A DNA stretch of 64,000 nt from NCBI RefSeq assembly GCF_009914755.1, contig NC_060940.1; one strand, written 5' to 3'. Position 1 is the stretch's first letter, and every line of letters starts with the position of its first letter. Made by a program: the position numbers and the translations under genes. This DNA comes from the human T2T-CHM13v2.0 reference genome, Homo sapiens. The notes under the pieces were generated by a model, which was given only the letters and a program-made list of their open reading frames with translations, did no database searches and was not told where the DNA came from. Below, one piece after another: positions 1 through 16,409 of the stretch.

Positions 1-932
1 CAGAGCAGGATCCGATCTCTTTAAAAAAAGAGAGCAAGAGAGAAAGAGCAAGCCTGAGAAATCTTATGCTCAGCAGAGCATCTCGTTGAATGCCATCTGC
101 ATTTTGGAAGTATTTTCATCAGGGGTCAGTTGTTTACAGGTGGAGGAGATCTCATCAGTCCAGTTTGAGCAGTAAAGAGGATGTTATTTGGAGAATCCTT
201 AATGATCACCTTGACCCCAAAGGTAGAGAGTGTAGCCACTCATCACAGGGGACCGGAAGGAAGAACCAGAAAGTTGGCAGGAACCAAGGACGCTTCTTTC
301 TATTTCTTCTGGGCCCTACCTCTTCTTCTCTGTGGGTCCACTTCCCCTCACTTTCCTCACGATATCAGCTTTCTCTGCTACTCACACGGCCTCACAGCCA
401 TATGAGCAGAAATGTGAGGAAATGGCCTCACAGCCCTGGAGTGACTATGCCCAGCTCTTGTTCCTGCAACCAATTCCAAAGTCTCAGGGGAGAAGCCAAT
501 TGGTCTACTTGGGTCAGGTGTCCACTCCTTGTCCAATCAGTTATGGCCAAAGGGTGATTCACTGGAATAAACATGGCTCTGTGATATCCCTCTAAGTACT
601 TCATCGTTTCCTGTTTTAGTAGCAATTACCACATACCTCATGGCAGTGCAGTTGATTTTGACAAACTTCAGAGCTCCATAGTCCTATTCATCTCAATCTA
701 GGAGTATGTCAGGAATTTTGATAGCACCATCTCATCACTGGGGGCCCTCCCAGATTGTGTTGACTGCAGGTTGAAGGAGTGGCTTTCTGATGTCTGTGCA
801 GATTGTAGAAATGTTGGTGACAACAGGACAGAGCACTAATCCCAGCAGCTCCCCAATTCCCCAATTCCCATGGAGTCTGCAGACAGAGAGGTCCATGGGC
901 CCCCAGCCAGCTCTCATGTCAAAGAGGTCTAA

Positions 933-1172
<240 letters not shown>

Positions 1173-3271
1173 TAGGTTAGAAAGCAGACGCAGAATGAAA
1201 GCAAAGTCCCTGCCTGCCTCGCACACTCAGGCAGCATCCCTGACACGTGACATTCGGTGCTGTCTCCTTGGTGCGCTTGCAGACCAACCCAGGCCATTCA
1301 TTTTAGTCAGTGGAAATCAAATCACATAAACTGAAGTCACGAGAATCCATCTGGGTAGTTCCTTCTGCCACATGTTAAGCCTCGTGCCTGAGGGGAGAGG
1401 ATGGAAGAAACCTCTGGTATCTTTTTAAATGGCAGATGAGAAGTGGGGGAGGGCAGAGGACAGGGGCAGAGGAACTGACAGGTGGAGGGGGGAGTCCCTC
1501 GGCCTCTAGGCCTGATCCTGAGGGCTGCACAATTGTGGTGCCAGTGTCCATCCCTTCACTGGCATTTCCACACACCAGGAGCTGTGCTGCGCACTGGGAC
1601 ACCTCCAGGAGCGAGGATAAAGTGGCAGAGAAGGCCTCTCCAAGGAGGCGGGTGACAAGCAAAGCCAGCTAGGTGGGCCTCCAGAGGAAGAGCACTCCTG
1701 GCAGGGGTGCAGCAAGGGCAAAGGCTCTGAGGCCAGAAGAGACAGCCTGTCCAGGGAGCAGGAGGGCCAGCGGGGCTGGAGCTGAAAGATCATGGTGGGG
1801 AGCGCAGAGGGGAGGGGACAGGAGTCAGTGGCGGCCGTACTCAGGGCTGTGGGCATGGTAAGAGTCAGGTTGTCTTGATTCTCAGTGCAGGAGAGACAAT
1901 GCCAGCTAGAGGGGTTGATGACAAATTCCATTTTAGGCACATAGAGACTGAAGTGACAGAGTGGACATGTCTGGACCTTCCAAGAGGTCATTGGAATTGA
2001 AGGATGGTGCCTAGGGAAGAGACGGCAGAACTTGACCTGTAAAGTTAAGCAGGGCCTGCCTGGGAACCAGGAGCTAAATGAGGGCAAGGAAGGATGGCAG
2101 TGTCAGGAGAGGAGCGGCCTGGGCCTTGGGACACCCCCAGACTGAGGGTAGGACTGGGGTGATGGAGAGAGTTGTCAGTGGGAGAGGCAGAGAACCAGGG
2201 AGGTATAGTGGCTCCTAAGCCAGTGGAGCAGGAGGTATCAAATGGAAGAGGTTTGCCAGGGATGTCACACATAGACTGAAGACTGACAAAGACTGGGAGG
2301 TCATTGTTCACTTGGAGAAGGCATTTCAGTGGCGGGTTAGGGAATTGTAGGAGTCTTACGGATGCAAAGGCCAGAAAGCCACCAGGAGTTTGACTTTAGG
2401 CACAGCTGGATCCAGGAGTTCAGAGGTTGTCATCAGGATCCTCCATCTCTCGACTCGTGTTCTCGGTGTTGGCTTCATTCTCAGGCAGGTTCTCTCTATA
2501 GGGTAGCAAGATAGTCTTTGGCAATTCCACATGTACATCCTTCCAGCTTCAGCACCACCAGTTTAAAGAGTGCCCCTCCTTGAGGCCAGCTTGGAAGGAT
2601 ACTGTCGGCATTGATCCAATTAGATGGCCGGAAGGTGGGGGGTGGGGTGTCCCCAAAGGATCCCCCAAATCTGAGTGGAAGGGGAAGTGGAGTTTGAGTG
2701 AGCAAAACAATCCCACTGGAAAGAGGCACCGGGTGGCAGGGGCTTGGGAGAGGCTGGGAGGGGTGGGAGGGGTGGCAGAGCACCTGAGCGAAACAGGGAG
2801 AAAATAGGGCTGTGGTTGGAGGGAGCCACAGGAGCGGGTCGCCTTCCTGTTTCTTCCTTTCTTCTCTTCCAGGTAGGAGAGATTTATGCATGTCTGCAGG
2901 CAAAGAGGGGAAAGTGCCAGTGGGGAAGGAGTGATTGGAGATTCTGGAGAGAGGAGATAATTGATGGAGCCGAGCCCCCTAGGAGACAGGCAGGAAATGG
3001 AGTACAGGGCACAGTGCGATATGAAAGGAGGAAAAACAGAATGTCAGTGTCAGCAGCCGCTGTTTTTGCAGGATGACACCCTTAGATGGCAGTGAGCCAT
3101 GGCGTGGCTGTGAGAACAGGCCACTGCGTGGTGTGCACGCCGTGGCTCTCATGTTCCATAAGGAGCGTGGGGCCTTCAGATCAGTCTGGGACCGTGTTCT
3201 CCACGCACCTGGGACACAGGCTTTAGCCATGTGTGCAAGTAAATTCCTTACCTTATAATATACCTGGCTTA

Positions 3272-3810
<539 letters not shown>

Positions 3811-4580
3811 GTAATGCATGAAGGGAATTTAAAAAAATCAAGCTACAAAGAAGAAAATAAAAGTCCTTCCTGCTCCCCACCCAGAAACCAGGAACAACAC
3901 TGTTAACACGGGTGCATGTCACCCGTACCAGGATATGCTGCATTTAAAGCTGCGTATCTGGCTTTTTCCTTTTAACGTTCTTTTACAAACCTTCCACCTG
4001 CCATTAAATTGTCTTTGAAAACACCGTTAGAGTCACGTGACTGTGACAGTCTCCAGCACACACCCTCTTGTGGCTGACTCAGACGCCTCAGGCAGCAGCA
4101 TTGCCCCTGGTCATGTGAGTTTCTACAGTGGGGAGCGACTCCTGGCAAAGTTTCTAACACAGCCAAGTAGTCTTCCCTTGGTTCACACGATGATTGCATT
4201 CTTAGAAAATTCAGTCTATGAAAAAATGCTTTGTGTTTTTGCAAAAACAACCAGATTCTGGAATTGGGTGATCATAGACAATTATTTTACCGACCTGAAT
4301 GGCCCACAGGACAGTCAGAAGCTGTGTGGGACAGGAGACCAAGCTCTGTGCCAGGGCCCCCATGCAGTGCAGGATGGTAACATGCCTGGCCCCAGCCATC
4401 CAGTGCCAAGAGGCCTCTTGGCTAAGGAGACAGCCGGGAACAACCCCGCTGGTTTCTAGAGGGCTCCCCTGGAGGTGGCCCTGCCTCACTGAGAGCCACC
4501 ACAGGAGACAGTCTCTAATGGTCCCCACTTCCACACATGCCACTCACAGGGCTTCCCCCCTCTTGTGTCCTTTCTTCCAG

Positions 4581-5728
<1,148 letters not shown>

Positions 5729-5729
5729 C

Positions 5730-6023
5730 TTTTTTTTTTTTTTTTTTTTTTTGGGTGGGGAGACAGGATCTTGCCCTGCACAGTGGCATGGTTTCGGCTC
5801 ACTGCAGCTTCGACCTCCTGGGCTCAAGCAATCCTCCCACATCAGCCTCCTAAGTAGCTGGGACTACAGGTGCACCAACCCACCTGGCTAATTTTTGTAT
5901 TTTTTGTAGAGACGAGGTTTCACCATGTTACCCAGGCTGGTCTCGAACTCCTGGGCTCAAGTGATCCACCCACCTTGGCCTCCCAAAGTGCTAGGATTAC
6001 AGGCATGAGCCCCTGCACCCAGC
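5730..6023 (-). mobile_element. Alu (J-like), tandem with the previous Alu
   Basis: Antisense dimer with poly-T. Confidence 0.9.
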
Positions 6024-6715
6024 CACAGACCCGGTCCACTCATCCCCTCTTACAGCATGAGTGTGCTAGGCCTGACCTCATTCAGCATCTCCCATAAAGC
6101 ACCTGTCTTGGTCCGGCCCCTAGAACCTGAGTCTGAGATGGGGCATTCTTTGGCAAGTGACTTATGGAGGGAGTGCTCCTAGGAGAAACCTGGCATAGTG
6201 AAGCAAGGATATAGTTTCCAGGAAGCCCAGCCACAACCAGATCTTGAGGGAGGTCTGGAACATAAATTTCAGGTCTTTCCTGCCTGAAGGTGAAGGAGCA
6301 GGGCGTTAGAACCCCACCTACCAGGCAGTCATTGGAACCAAGGCTTGCCGGGTTGGAGCTGTAACTCCCACACCCTTCCAGGCAAGGCACTCTGAGAAAA
6401 GGATCCACCAAGATCTGGGTGGGGTACCAACAGCGTCTTGCATAGTGCCTTGCCCACCCCAAAGAAATGTTACTTGCCTGATGACATATCACAGTGATTC
6501 TCATGAAATTAGATCCCTTCCTTAGATCCATGTGATGCTTATGGTCCGTGCATTCCATTTGCAAATCTGTGAAGACTAATAAGGCTCACACTAATCAATA
6601 CCAGTTAAGGGTGTGGGGTTGTACAGCACAGAAGTGGATGGGTTTAGGCTCTTGATCTACAAATCTCTGGGATGTGAAGTGAGTTGACCTTTCTGTCATC
6701 TTGATAACCCATTAG

Positions 6716-6921
6716 CCCCAGAGCACTTTGGAGACACGATCTTATTCACAACCGATGATGACATTCTCGAGGCCATATTCTATTCTGATGAGATGTTTGA
6801 CCTGGATGTGGGGAGCCTGGACAGCCTGCAGGATGAAGAGGCAATGAGGAGGCCCAGCACGGCCGACGGCGAGGGGGATGAGCGGCCCTTCACCCAGGCT
6901 GGCTTGGGGGCTGATGAACGG
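6716..6921 (+). CDS. KATNIP: KATNIP coding exon (APEHFGDTILFTTDDDILEAIF...GADER)
   Basis: attAG acceptor and CGG|GTagga donor; in frame with the neighbouring exons. Not in the ORF track. Confidence 0.93.
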
Positions 6922-7544
6922 GTAGGACTGGAGCTGGGGGGCTGTGGGGGGACCCCCAGATAGGTTTCTTCCCCTAACTCAGAGTAGAGCAGGGAGAATT
7001 AAGATGGATATCCTTTAAGCTGCTGGTGCCACTGTGTTGACATTTCCCATCTTTCTACTTTGTTTTTTTGTCCTCTATGTCATATTTCATTCTCTAATTA
7101 TTTTTATTTTTTTATTTTTTTTTAACCGAAGTAAAGAAAGTATTCAAATTCTAATCAAAGCCAGGAGAAATGAGCTCTGTGTCATCTCTGCAATTCAGAG
7201 GTTGGCAGTCTGGGGGGAGTTTTTGCTTGGGGTTGCGTTTTGATCATTCACTGTTGTTTTTGATGGAAGGACTAGGAATGCTTTTCATAGGCAGAGTTAC
7301 AGTTAAAATAATGATCATCACAGCCATGGTTTCATGAACACATATCATGATCCAAGCAGGGTACACAGTGTTCTTGTTTCACCCTCATGACAACCCTCTG
7401 AGTAGAGACTATTAACATTGCCATTTCGGAAACTGATGCTCAGAGAAGTCAAGTGACTTGCCCAAGGGCACATTGTGACAGAGAAACAAGGGTAGAACTT
7501 GAATGCGTGATTCCACAGTTTATGCTTTTAATTGGTAAGCAACT

Positions 7545-7850
7545 TATTATTTTTTTATTTTGTTTAGAGATAGGGCCTGGCACTGTCGCCCAGGCTGGAG
7601 TACACTAGCGTGATCATAGCTCATTGCAGCTCAAACTCCCGGGGCTCAAGCAATCCTACCACCTCAGCCTCCTGAGTAGCTGAGACTACAGTGCATGCCA
7701 CCATGCCTGGCTAGTTTTTTTTTTATTTTTTGTAGAGATGTGGTCTTGCTATGTTGCCCAGGTTGGTCATGAACTCCTGGACTCAAGCGCTTCTCCCACC
7801 TTGGCCTCCCAAAGTGCTGGGATTACAGGCAAGAGCCGCCACACTTAGCC
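7545..7850 (-). mobile_element. Alu (J-like)
   Basis: Antisense dimer. Confidence 0.9.
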
Positions 7851-8699
7851 AGATAAACAAATCTTTTAAAATGAAAGATGACCTTCAAGGTCAATTCAAG
7901 TCAGGACCAATAGGAAAAAGAGGAGATGGTTAAACAGGGTAGGGGAGAAATGGGGACAACACAAGCCACAAGGGATGGGGCTGGGCTGTGGGAAGGTCAT
8001 GACTGAGGCAGGACAGCAACATGTCGTGTGGACCCCATGGTGTTCCCTGGGGATTGTACCTCGCAGCCAGGCAGAGCATGGGGTGCAGGAGCAGGGCATG
8101 GGGAGGCACAGGCAGCTGGGGAGTGCGTGCCCCTCCCCCTCCCCACATCTAAGGAAAGCGGCCACCAAGAGGGGCAAGCCCATTGTTGCCAGTTCTCCTG
8201 ATTTTTACAAGAGAAGCCAGAAAGCTGGATTTTTCTGTAAAACCTCTCCATTTAAAAATGCTGGCAGTGAATTCAGATGTGTTCAAACCTTTTTTGGGCC
8301 ACAAGCCGTGCCTGTGCTCCTGATTCGACCCAGGGGTCTCCAGGTGGGAGTCTACCCTGGGCGCTTCCATTTGCCCAGCGTTTTCCAAATGACAAAGGTG
8401 CTCGTAAGGGACTCTGATGGGCCCAGCGCTGTGAGGGGCTGGGGGGATCACTCTCTCAGTCTCGTGAGAGACCAGCGCCTTCACTTATGGTGCAAAGAGA
8501 CAATGAGCAAATAGTTTATATGTAAGGCCCAAGAAGGGTGTGGTGGCCCACCGTTGACTCTCTGAAGACCAGGATTTTTTATCCTGGCTACCCGTGGAAA
8601 TCACTTGGGTGGATCTTTAAAAATGTCTGGGCCCCACCCCTAGAGATTCTGCTTCAGTGAACAGCCAAAGTTAAGAGCCACTCTCTATGGTTTGAATTC

Positions 8700-8860
8700 T
8701 TCCACTTCCCCTTCCTTCCTTCCTTCCTTCCCTCCCTCCCTCCCTCCTTCCTTCTTTTCCTCCTTCCCTCCTTCCTTTCCTCCTTCCTTCCTTCCTTCCT
8801 CTCTCCCTTCCTTCTCTTCTTCCCTTCCTCCTCCTTTCCTTCCTTCCTTTCTTTCTTCCT
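8700..8860 (+). repeat. (TTCC/CCCT)n polypyrimidine simple repeat
   Basis: About 160 nt of almost pure C/T. Confidence 0.9.
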
Positions 8861-9169
8861 CTAGCTCACCACATAAGCATTTATTGAGTCCTTCCCTGTT
8901 GGAGGAAATTTAAACACCTTAGCTGTTAGCATCAGGCTCCTCCCCAGCCAGTGAGAGCTGCTGACAAGGATGCAGACCCTGGAGGGTCAGGGTCCGCCCA
9001 TATCACTGGTCCCATAGCTTCCACAAAGGCAGAAAAATCCAGGAAAACACACAAGGACTTACCTGGGCATAGGGTGGGCAGTGGTAAATGCAGAAACAGC
9101 CAGCCAGCTAGCTGTGTGGGTATCACTAAAACCACCCCCTTTTCCTCTGCTTCTCCAACCCATGTGCAG

Positions 9170-9248
9170 ATCCCGGAGCTAGAGCTCCCATCCAGTTCCC
9201 CTGTCCCCCAAGTCACCACGCCAGAGCCAGGCATCTACCACGGAATCT
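9170..9248 (+). CDS. KATNIP: KATNIP coding exon (IPELELPSSSPVPQVTTPEPGIYHGI)
   Basis: gcAG acceptor after a pyrimidine tract and T|GTgagt donor; frame continuous. Confidence 0.93.
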
Positions 9249-10614
9249 GTGAGTAGCTCTCCTGGAGCAGTGTTGGGTGGAAGGAGGACCTTCCAGGGAC
9301 AGGGGGAGTTGTGGCCACTTGGGACAGGGTTTCGCTGGACAATCGGGTGGGTTGGACACTGTACAGAGACACCAGGCCATGGGGCAAGTGGAGGCTGAAA
9401 CCAGCCTGCGCTCAGCTCCCTGGCCCTAGCAGGGCCACCTCACTCCAGAGGAGGGGCATCTCTTAGCATTTTGCCTTCCCTGAGGGGCATTTTTGCATGC
9501 AGACACCCTATGTGTTAGCTGTGACCATGACCCTGACCCAGGAGGTGTAGTTGGCACCCAGAAAGTGTAGAACAAGAGGACATTAGAGCCTGAAGAGACC
9601 CAAGGCATCTGTTGGTGCAGTGCCCCGAGCTGTCTCTTCCAACTCCACCAAAGAGTAGATGCACAGGCAGAGAAAACCTGCATCCACTCTGCCCCGGGGG
9701 TGGGGGCAGGTGCACAGGCCCAGGGTACCAGGTCTTCTGACTTTTCAGAAGAAGTCGGAAATCTAGAGTCTTACGTGAAGTCTCCAGATTCTCAAATGTG
9801 TGTAACGAATTTTCTCATGTTTTAAAATATCACATGAGCCAAATAAAACACTTATTGTGTATCTGGCCAGCTGGCTGCCAGTTTGTGACTTCTGAGCAAA
9901 TCCCAGGGGTTTTCTGCTGGGCCTGTTCCTCACCCTTCTTTTCCATTGATCCTTCCAGCCAGTTCCTCTCTTCATCCATGCGTGTCCACATCAGCCCCTC
10001 CCCGTCCTGGGGAATCTTCAAGCCCAAGGTCACTGCTGATTGTGATCTCCTCCCTCCTGCACCCTGCTAACCAGGTTCCTGGCAGCCTCACTTCCTGCTC
10101 TCTCCTGCCCCCTGTGAATGTGACCCGCTTCTACTTTATCTTCTGAGACAAAAGATGTGACACTGTCAGGATCCCCTCCCCACCTCCCCATCCTCATCTC
10201 CAAAATGAAGCTGGAGCCTCTCCGAATCCTGGTGTCAGCCCTTCCGGGACCTCCCCATGCCATCTCTGGAGTCCACCTGCAGGCACCTGTGCAAGCCACA
10301 CCTTCCACCTAGGATGCCTCCCTGCTCCATCTCTGCCTTCTGACGACCACCTGTCGCTGGCTAGGTTCCCTAGACACAGACCCTGAGATGGAGTTTCCTG
10401 GGGTGTGCTCTTGTCAGGGAAGGGTAGGAGGCAGGATTGGGCAGAGGGAGAAGCTGGTCTGCGGTTCAGCCACTTCAAGGCCTCAGCCTGCTCCACAGGG
10501 AGCTCGGAACCTGGGATGGCCCTTTGGGGTCATCCTGAGTTGAGTGAGGGGCCATGTCTTTATCTGTATCAACATGGCACTGGCTATGGGCTGCCCCTGG
10601 GGAGGGGCATGGCT

Positions 10615-10930
10615 TTTTATTTTACTTTTTAATTTGTATTTATTTATTTTGACACAGTTTTACTCTGTCGCTCAGGCTGGAATGCAGTGGCATGATCTCA
10701 GCTCACTGCAACCTCCGCCTCCCAGGTTCAAGAGAGCTCCTGCCTCAGCCTCCCAAGTAGCTGGGATTACTGGTGCCCACCACCACGCCCGGCTAATTTT
10801 TGTAATTTTAATAGAGACAGGGTTTCACCATGTTGGTCAGGCTGGTCTCGAACTCCTGACCTCAGGTGATCCACACACCTTGGCCTCCCAAAGTGCTGAG
10901 ATTACAGGCATGAGCCACTGTGCCCAGCCG
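10615..10930 (-). mobile_element. Alu (Sx-like)
   Basis: Antisense dimer with TSD catggcttttt. Confidence 0.92.
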
Positions 10931-12043
10931 GACATGGCTTTTTGCAAGGAGACTCTCTTCAGCCAAGGGCAGTCACAAGTCAAGAGCCTCAGTGGTGAGC
11001 TGCCAGCCGTCAGCACTTCCCGCCACCAGAGGACTAAGTCCTTCTGTTCCTGGGGGTGGGAGGTGGGGTCTGAGCAGTGCCCTAAGTGAGCTCCACATCC
11101 CCTCCCTTATGGCCCTTCTGCGACCGCATCTCCTCCCCAGGAGTCTTCTCTATCATCCCCTGTGAAAATTCATCTCTCCTTCACCTACTCCAAAATGACC
11201 AATGATCTCTTAGAAGGTGCCTTAGAGGAAGGTGCCTTATTTGGAATTCTCATAGCCCCTTACATTCCAGGGCGCACTCTCAATTACTTTCGAATAGCAG
11301 CAGTTTTAAAGGCCAACCTAACATTAGGCAAGAGCCTGGGTTGAGGCTTGGTTTCATCTCCCAGACAGGCACTGTGCTGGGCTTTCTCTGCCTTATCTCG
11401 CTGTAACACTCCTAGCTCTGTTTTCCATGAGATCAGGCAGCTGAGGCTCAGAGAGATGGAGTCACCTACCTAAGGTCACACGGCCAGTACGGAAGCTGGG
11501 AGTGCAAGCAAAGGTGTTTGAATCCAAAGCCCACATCCTCACCACACTAGCAGATTGCCTTAGGGTTGCCACTGGGAGAGCACCTCACATCAGAAGCCTG
11601 TGTGCAAGAGTCAGTGTCCCCCATGAAGCTGTGAGGTCCCAAAAGACAGCCATCGTTTTTTATTCAATTTGGTTCTCCCCTAAGTTGGTCAGGATTTTTT
11701 TTTTGGCAGGGGATGAATAATGGAAATTTAATTCAAGCTGAGTTCAGCAAAAAAGGGAACTTATTGGCTTATGCAACTAGAAGTTAGGGGTCGTCAGTTT
11801 CCACACAGCTGCGTTCAGTTACGAAAATGATGGCATCAAGACATGGTGTCTGCCTCCCTCTCCCTGCTTTCTTTTCGTCTCTTGACATTCTCCCATTCAA
11901 CACCATCCATGTGGAAAGTCCTGGAAGCTCCAGTTTATGCCTCCTTTCTACCCAGCAGTCCCAGATGAAAGACAACTTCTGTTTTCCTGAATCCCAATAG
12001 TTGCAACTACTATCCCAGAATTAGATCTCTGGGCCTAGCTTGA

Positions 12044-12262
<219 letters not shown>

Positions 12263-13169
12263 TAAGTCAGCCACTGTGACTCACCATGGTGGGTAGGGCG
12301 GGAGGTGGGAGATGGAAAACAGATTGGCCAGGCCTGGAGCCCAGAGAAAGGGGTCAGCCACCCAAACAGTGTGGACCGAGCACAGGGTGGTTCTCCAGAG
12401 CGGGTCAGAGTGTGGTCACCAGAAGGAAGGCAGGAATGCTGGCCAGGCAGAAGCAGCCACTGTCCCCTTCATCTGATGATTTCCCCAAAGATGCTGCCTG
12501 TAGATGTGTTTCCTGCTGACCCAGCTCCTGACCTTTCACAGAGATGTTATTTCAGTGCCTTTGGGAATTTGGCCCTGGAGTAGAGCTCAAAGACCTTTTT
12601 ACTGCAAGGCAAGTGTAATTTCTCTTCTCTTCTCAGTAGGAAGGCAGAAGAGCCTCTCAACCAAGCACCCTCTGCGTCTGTTTTGAGGCCTGTGATTTCT
12701 GCATCTCTTCTCTCTGAACCTTTGGCTTTTTCCTCACCGTATTCAAAATCCTCAACCTGCTTCACCACTCCGTGCAAGAGCGGAGCACAGAGAGAGCTTT
12801 AATAAAGTGACCCGGGGGGAATGTGTCGGGGTTGGTAAATACGGCCAATCCTATTAATGTTTTGAAAGGGGATATATGACTTGCTAATTTGCAGATGACA
12901 CTAATTTTGGAAGTTTTGCAAATATCAGCAGTGATGAATAAGAAAGGAGCTGAGAGGGTTGAAACATGGGGGAGAAATAACAAAATTAATTTCCATTTGT
13001 ATAAATACTAATTGATACACCAGAGGAAAATGAATATGGAATGTTGGATATTAGCTCGAAAAGGAGAGTAATCAATTTCAGAACAGCCCCAAATTAGATG
13101 GAATCGCAGTGCAGCTTGCCAGGCAAACAAAGAGATTGTAGGCTTGGGAGAGACTGGGCATCTCTTTGT

Positions 13170-14000
13170 TGTCACAGAGGGAGGTGGCATTTCTCCCTCG
13201 CACTGATCTCCATCATCCAAATCCACATCCTCCTCCACCTGTGGCCCTTCTGTCTCAGGAGTGGTGCCACAGTTCCTCTGTCACCTAGGTCAAAACTTTT
13301 TTTCCCCTTCCTTCTGTATCCAGACCATTGAGAATCCTGGTAGTGCTATCTCTGAAACAGATCCTGTATCTGTCCCCTTCAACCCTATTTTCATTGCCAC
13401 CAGCCTTGTTCAAGCCATCCTTACTGCAACAGCTTCCTCCCTGGTCTCCCTATAAAATCCAACTGATGGGAGCTTTATAAGATGCAGATCAGATCATGTT
13501 GCTCCCCTGCTTCAACATAGAATCTGCCAGTAGCTTCCCATTGCAAAGAGAGGAAAATCCAGGCTTCTCGATATGATCTAGCCCCTGCCTACCTGTCTGA
13601 TTTCATTTTCTTCTACTCTCTCCCTTGGCCGCTTGGTTCCACCTATGGGTCAAATTTGCTCTCCTCTCAGCCTGGAATGTTCTTCTTCCAGAAATGCAAA
13701 AACATGATAGGTTCCTTCTCAGCACCCTGGTCTCAGCTCAAATGTCACCTCCTCAGGGAGGCCCTCCCTGACCACCTCTGCTCATATTCAGTCACTCCCT
13801 ATCCTGTTGCTATTTTCTTTCATAGTGTTCATCACTCTTGGAACTGTTGCCTTTCTTTGTTCATTATGTGCTTATTGACAGTCTTTGCTAGAATGCAAGC
13901 TTCTTGAGTTCAGAGATTGTGCTCTGTTGTTCATTCCTGCAGCTCTTATGCCAAAAATAGGTTCTGGTACACAGTAGATGACCAATAAATATTCGTTGAC
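13170..14000 (+). mobile_element. L2 3' fragment
   Basis: ctcagctcaaatgtcacctcctcagggaggcc and the terminal cacagtag...aataaatattcgttga. Confidence 0.7.
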
Positions 14001-14089
14001 TGTTGACTGTGAAGTTGGTAAAACCCAATAGTTTTCGTTTGTCTCATTTACTTGCAGATATCTACTGAAGCCCTACTTGTTAATTAGTC

Positions 14090-14400
14090 ATGTGTTTAAA
14101 ATTTTTACTAAAAACATTCATTGAACATCTACTAAGCACTGTTCTGGGCTCCGGGGATACAGCAGTGAACAAAACCAGCAGAGTCCTGGCCTCAGGGAAC
14201 TTCCGTCTTAGTGGGGGAGACTGATGGAGACAAATAAGCAAATCAATGTAGACTCGATTGTCAGGAAGCATTCAGTGCTATAAACAACAAGGCGAGCAGG
14301 GTAAGGATGTAGAGAGTGATGGGGTGAGCAGGGCTGTTTGAGCTCTGGTTATTAGGGAAGGCCTCTCAGGAAATGACATTGGAACACTGACTCATGCTGA
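14090..14400 (-). mobile_element. L2 fragment
   Basis: ttcattgaacatctactaagcactgttctggg...cagtgaacaaaacc. Confidence 0.65.
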
Positions 14401-14407
14401 GAAGGAA

Positions 14408-14890
14408 TGTGTCAGCTAGCTTTTGCTGCCGAACAAGCCAATCCAAAATCCACTGGCTTAACACAACTACCATGAATTATATTCATGACTGACTGGTAAT
14501 TCAGTATCTTGGCTGGGCAGCTCTGGGTGAGCCAGCTTGGTTGGCCTCTACTGGGCCTGCTCGAGTTCCTGATCAGCAGGGAGGTGGACCAGCAGCTGAA
14601 TGACCTAGGACATCTTCACCCACCCGTCTGGCAGTGGGGAGGCTGCTGGCCAGAGAGACAGGTGTCTGGGTTAGCTGGGCTGCCTCGCATGGCAGTCTCA
14701 AGCCCCGAGTGCTTTACAGGCTCTGCTTGCCTCACGTGGGCTTCTGTCCCAGTGTTCAAAGCAAATCACGTGACCCAGAGTCAGGAGCAGAGAAGGAAAC
14801 TCCAACTCTGGATGGGATGAGGGGCAAAATCACATTGCAACAGCAGGGACACGGGATGGGACGAGCTTGTAGCCACTTTGCACGTGAATG
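14408..14890. mobile_element. MaLR LTR (MLT1-like) remnant
   Basis: tgtcagctagcttttgctgc..caa..ca.tccaaaa..actggcttaa start typical of MLT1; ends approximate. Confidence 0.55.
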
Positions 14891-16409
14891 ATGCGGCGAG
14901 AAGCCCATGTGCAGGGTGCCGTGCTGGCCACATGTTTTTTTCATCTGCCCCAGAGATGCTCAGAGTTACCTTGGCACCACGAAGGAGGAAAAGGATCTGA
15001 GGGCTAAGTTACAAAAAGTATGTTGGGAGATGTCAGGGGCGTGGGAGAGAAAACCAAGCTCCAGGGAGGTCAGGTGACCCAGCCCCTCTTCATGGCCACA
15101 AAGAAGTCCTTTCACCTCTCTGGGCTTCCAGTTCCTCATCTGAGCTGCAAGGGGGTGGTGCCAGATGACACCCTGCTTCCTTCTGCCTGCTCTGTGGTGC
15201 TGGCATTTCTGTGAACGCTGCAAAGAGTGAGTCTTACACTTAGCTACCCAAAAGGGTGCTAAAATATGCGGCAAATTCTCTAAGGGCAGAAGGGTTTATT
15301 GTGTTTGGTCTTGCTCTAATGAGACACCGTTAAGGAAAGAGACGTTCCAGCCAATTATCTGACAGGGCTTGATCAAGAGATTCATTCCATTTGAGTTTCC
15401 TGGGCAAATGAATGACATCTGGGCTGTTTTGCCCCAGGGCCACAGAAGGTCACTTCTAAATGGTCTCTGATCGAGAGAGGATGGGAGCAGAGGCAAAAGG
15501 ATGGCGGTATCACCCTAGGTCACTTCCTTTACTCTGAGCCCACGTGAATGTTTGTGATAGCAGCCAATTTGCATAAAATGTCAGTTTCCAGCGCTGGGGC
15601 TTACTGATACAAGTCTCCATGTAGTTGCTGGTTTAATCATTCCATCTGTACTGAGCTCCTACTGTGTGCCAGGCACCATGCCAGGCTCAGGACACAGTGG
15701 TTTAGAGAAACAGATGGGGTTTCTCCCTCAAGGAGTTAGGCATCTGGCGGGGCAAGTGGGTATTTACCAAGATCACGCGATTACAGCAGTGACCAGGGCT
15801 TGGAAAGGGAAGTGTACAGTGGCATGGCAGGTTATCAATGGAGGTTTGACCTGGTCAAAGAACTCAGGAGGGCTTCTCTGAGGAAGGGAGCTGGGATCTG
15901 AAGGGTGCTCACAAGTCAACCAGGCCATGTGAATTCTAGGGAGGGGTGACAGCACATTCAAAGGCCCTGTGGTTGGAGAGAGAGGAATATAAATACGAGA
16001 AACTGAAAGACAGCCTGGGTGGGGCCTAGGGTCCCTGGTGCACAGTGAGGTCAGAGAAGTAGATAGAAGTCTGATGGGGAATGCGTTGTTGGCCAGAAAG
16101 CATGGGAAGCCACCAAGGATGTTCAGTGTCGGGTGGGACAGCACAATCTGGTAGGCGGAGGAAGGACTCAGGGCTATGTGCAGGTTTAACCCTCGCCCAT
16201 GCAGCTTACCGTTGTTTCCTGAGCACTGACAGTGGCCTGGGCCCAAGGCCACCTAGAGGAAAGCCACAGAGCCCACCTGCAAGGCACTTTGGGTCTGGGT
16301 TGAAGTTGCTAGAATATAGAGGCCGAATAGCATTCCTCTTCCTGTCTTCATTTTAGATGCCTCCTCTGGAGCCTCTGGTGCTAATGGGCCACTTCTCTTC
16401 CTGTTGCAG

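Noticed and set aside
2548-2570. REST/RE1 left half-site TTCAGCACC (also near 61293)
   Set aside because: No GGACAG right half at a suitable spacing.
13984-13989. Sense-strand intronic AATAAA in KATNIP
   Set aside because: A standard L2 tail motif with no associated terminal exon evidence.
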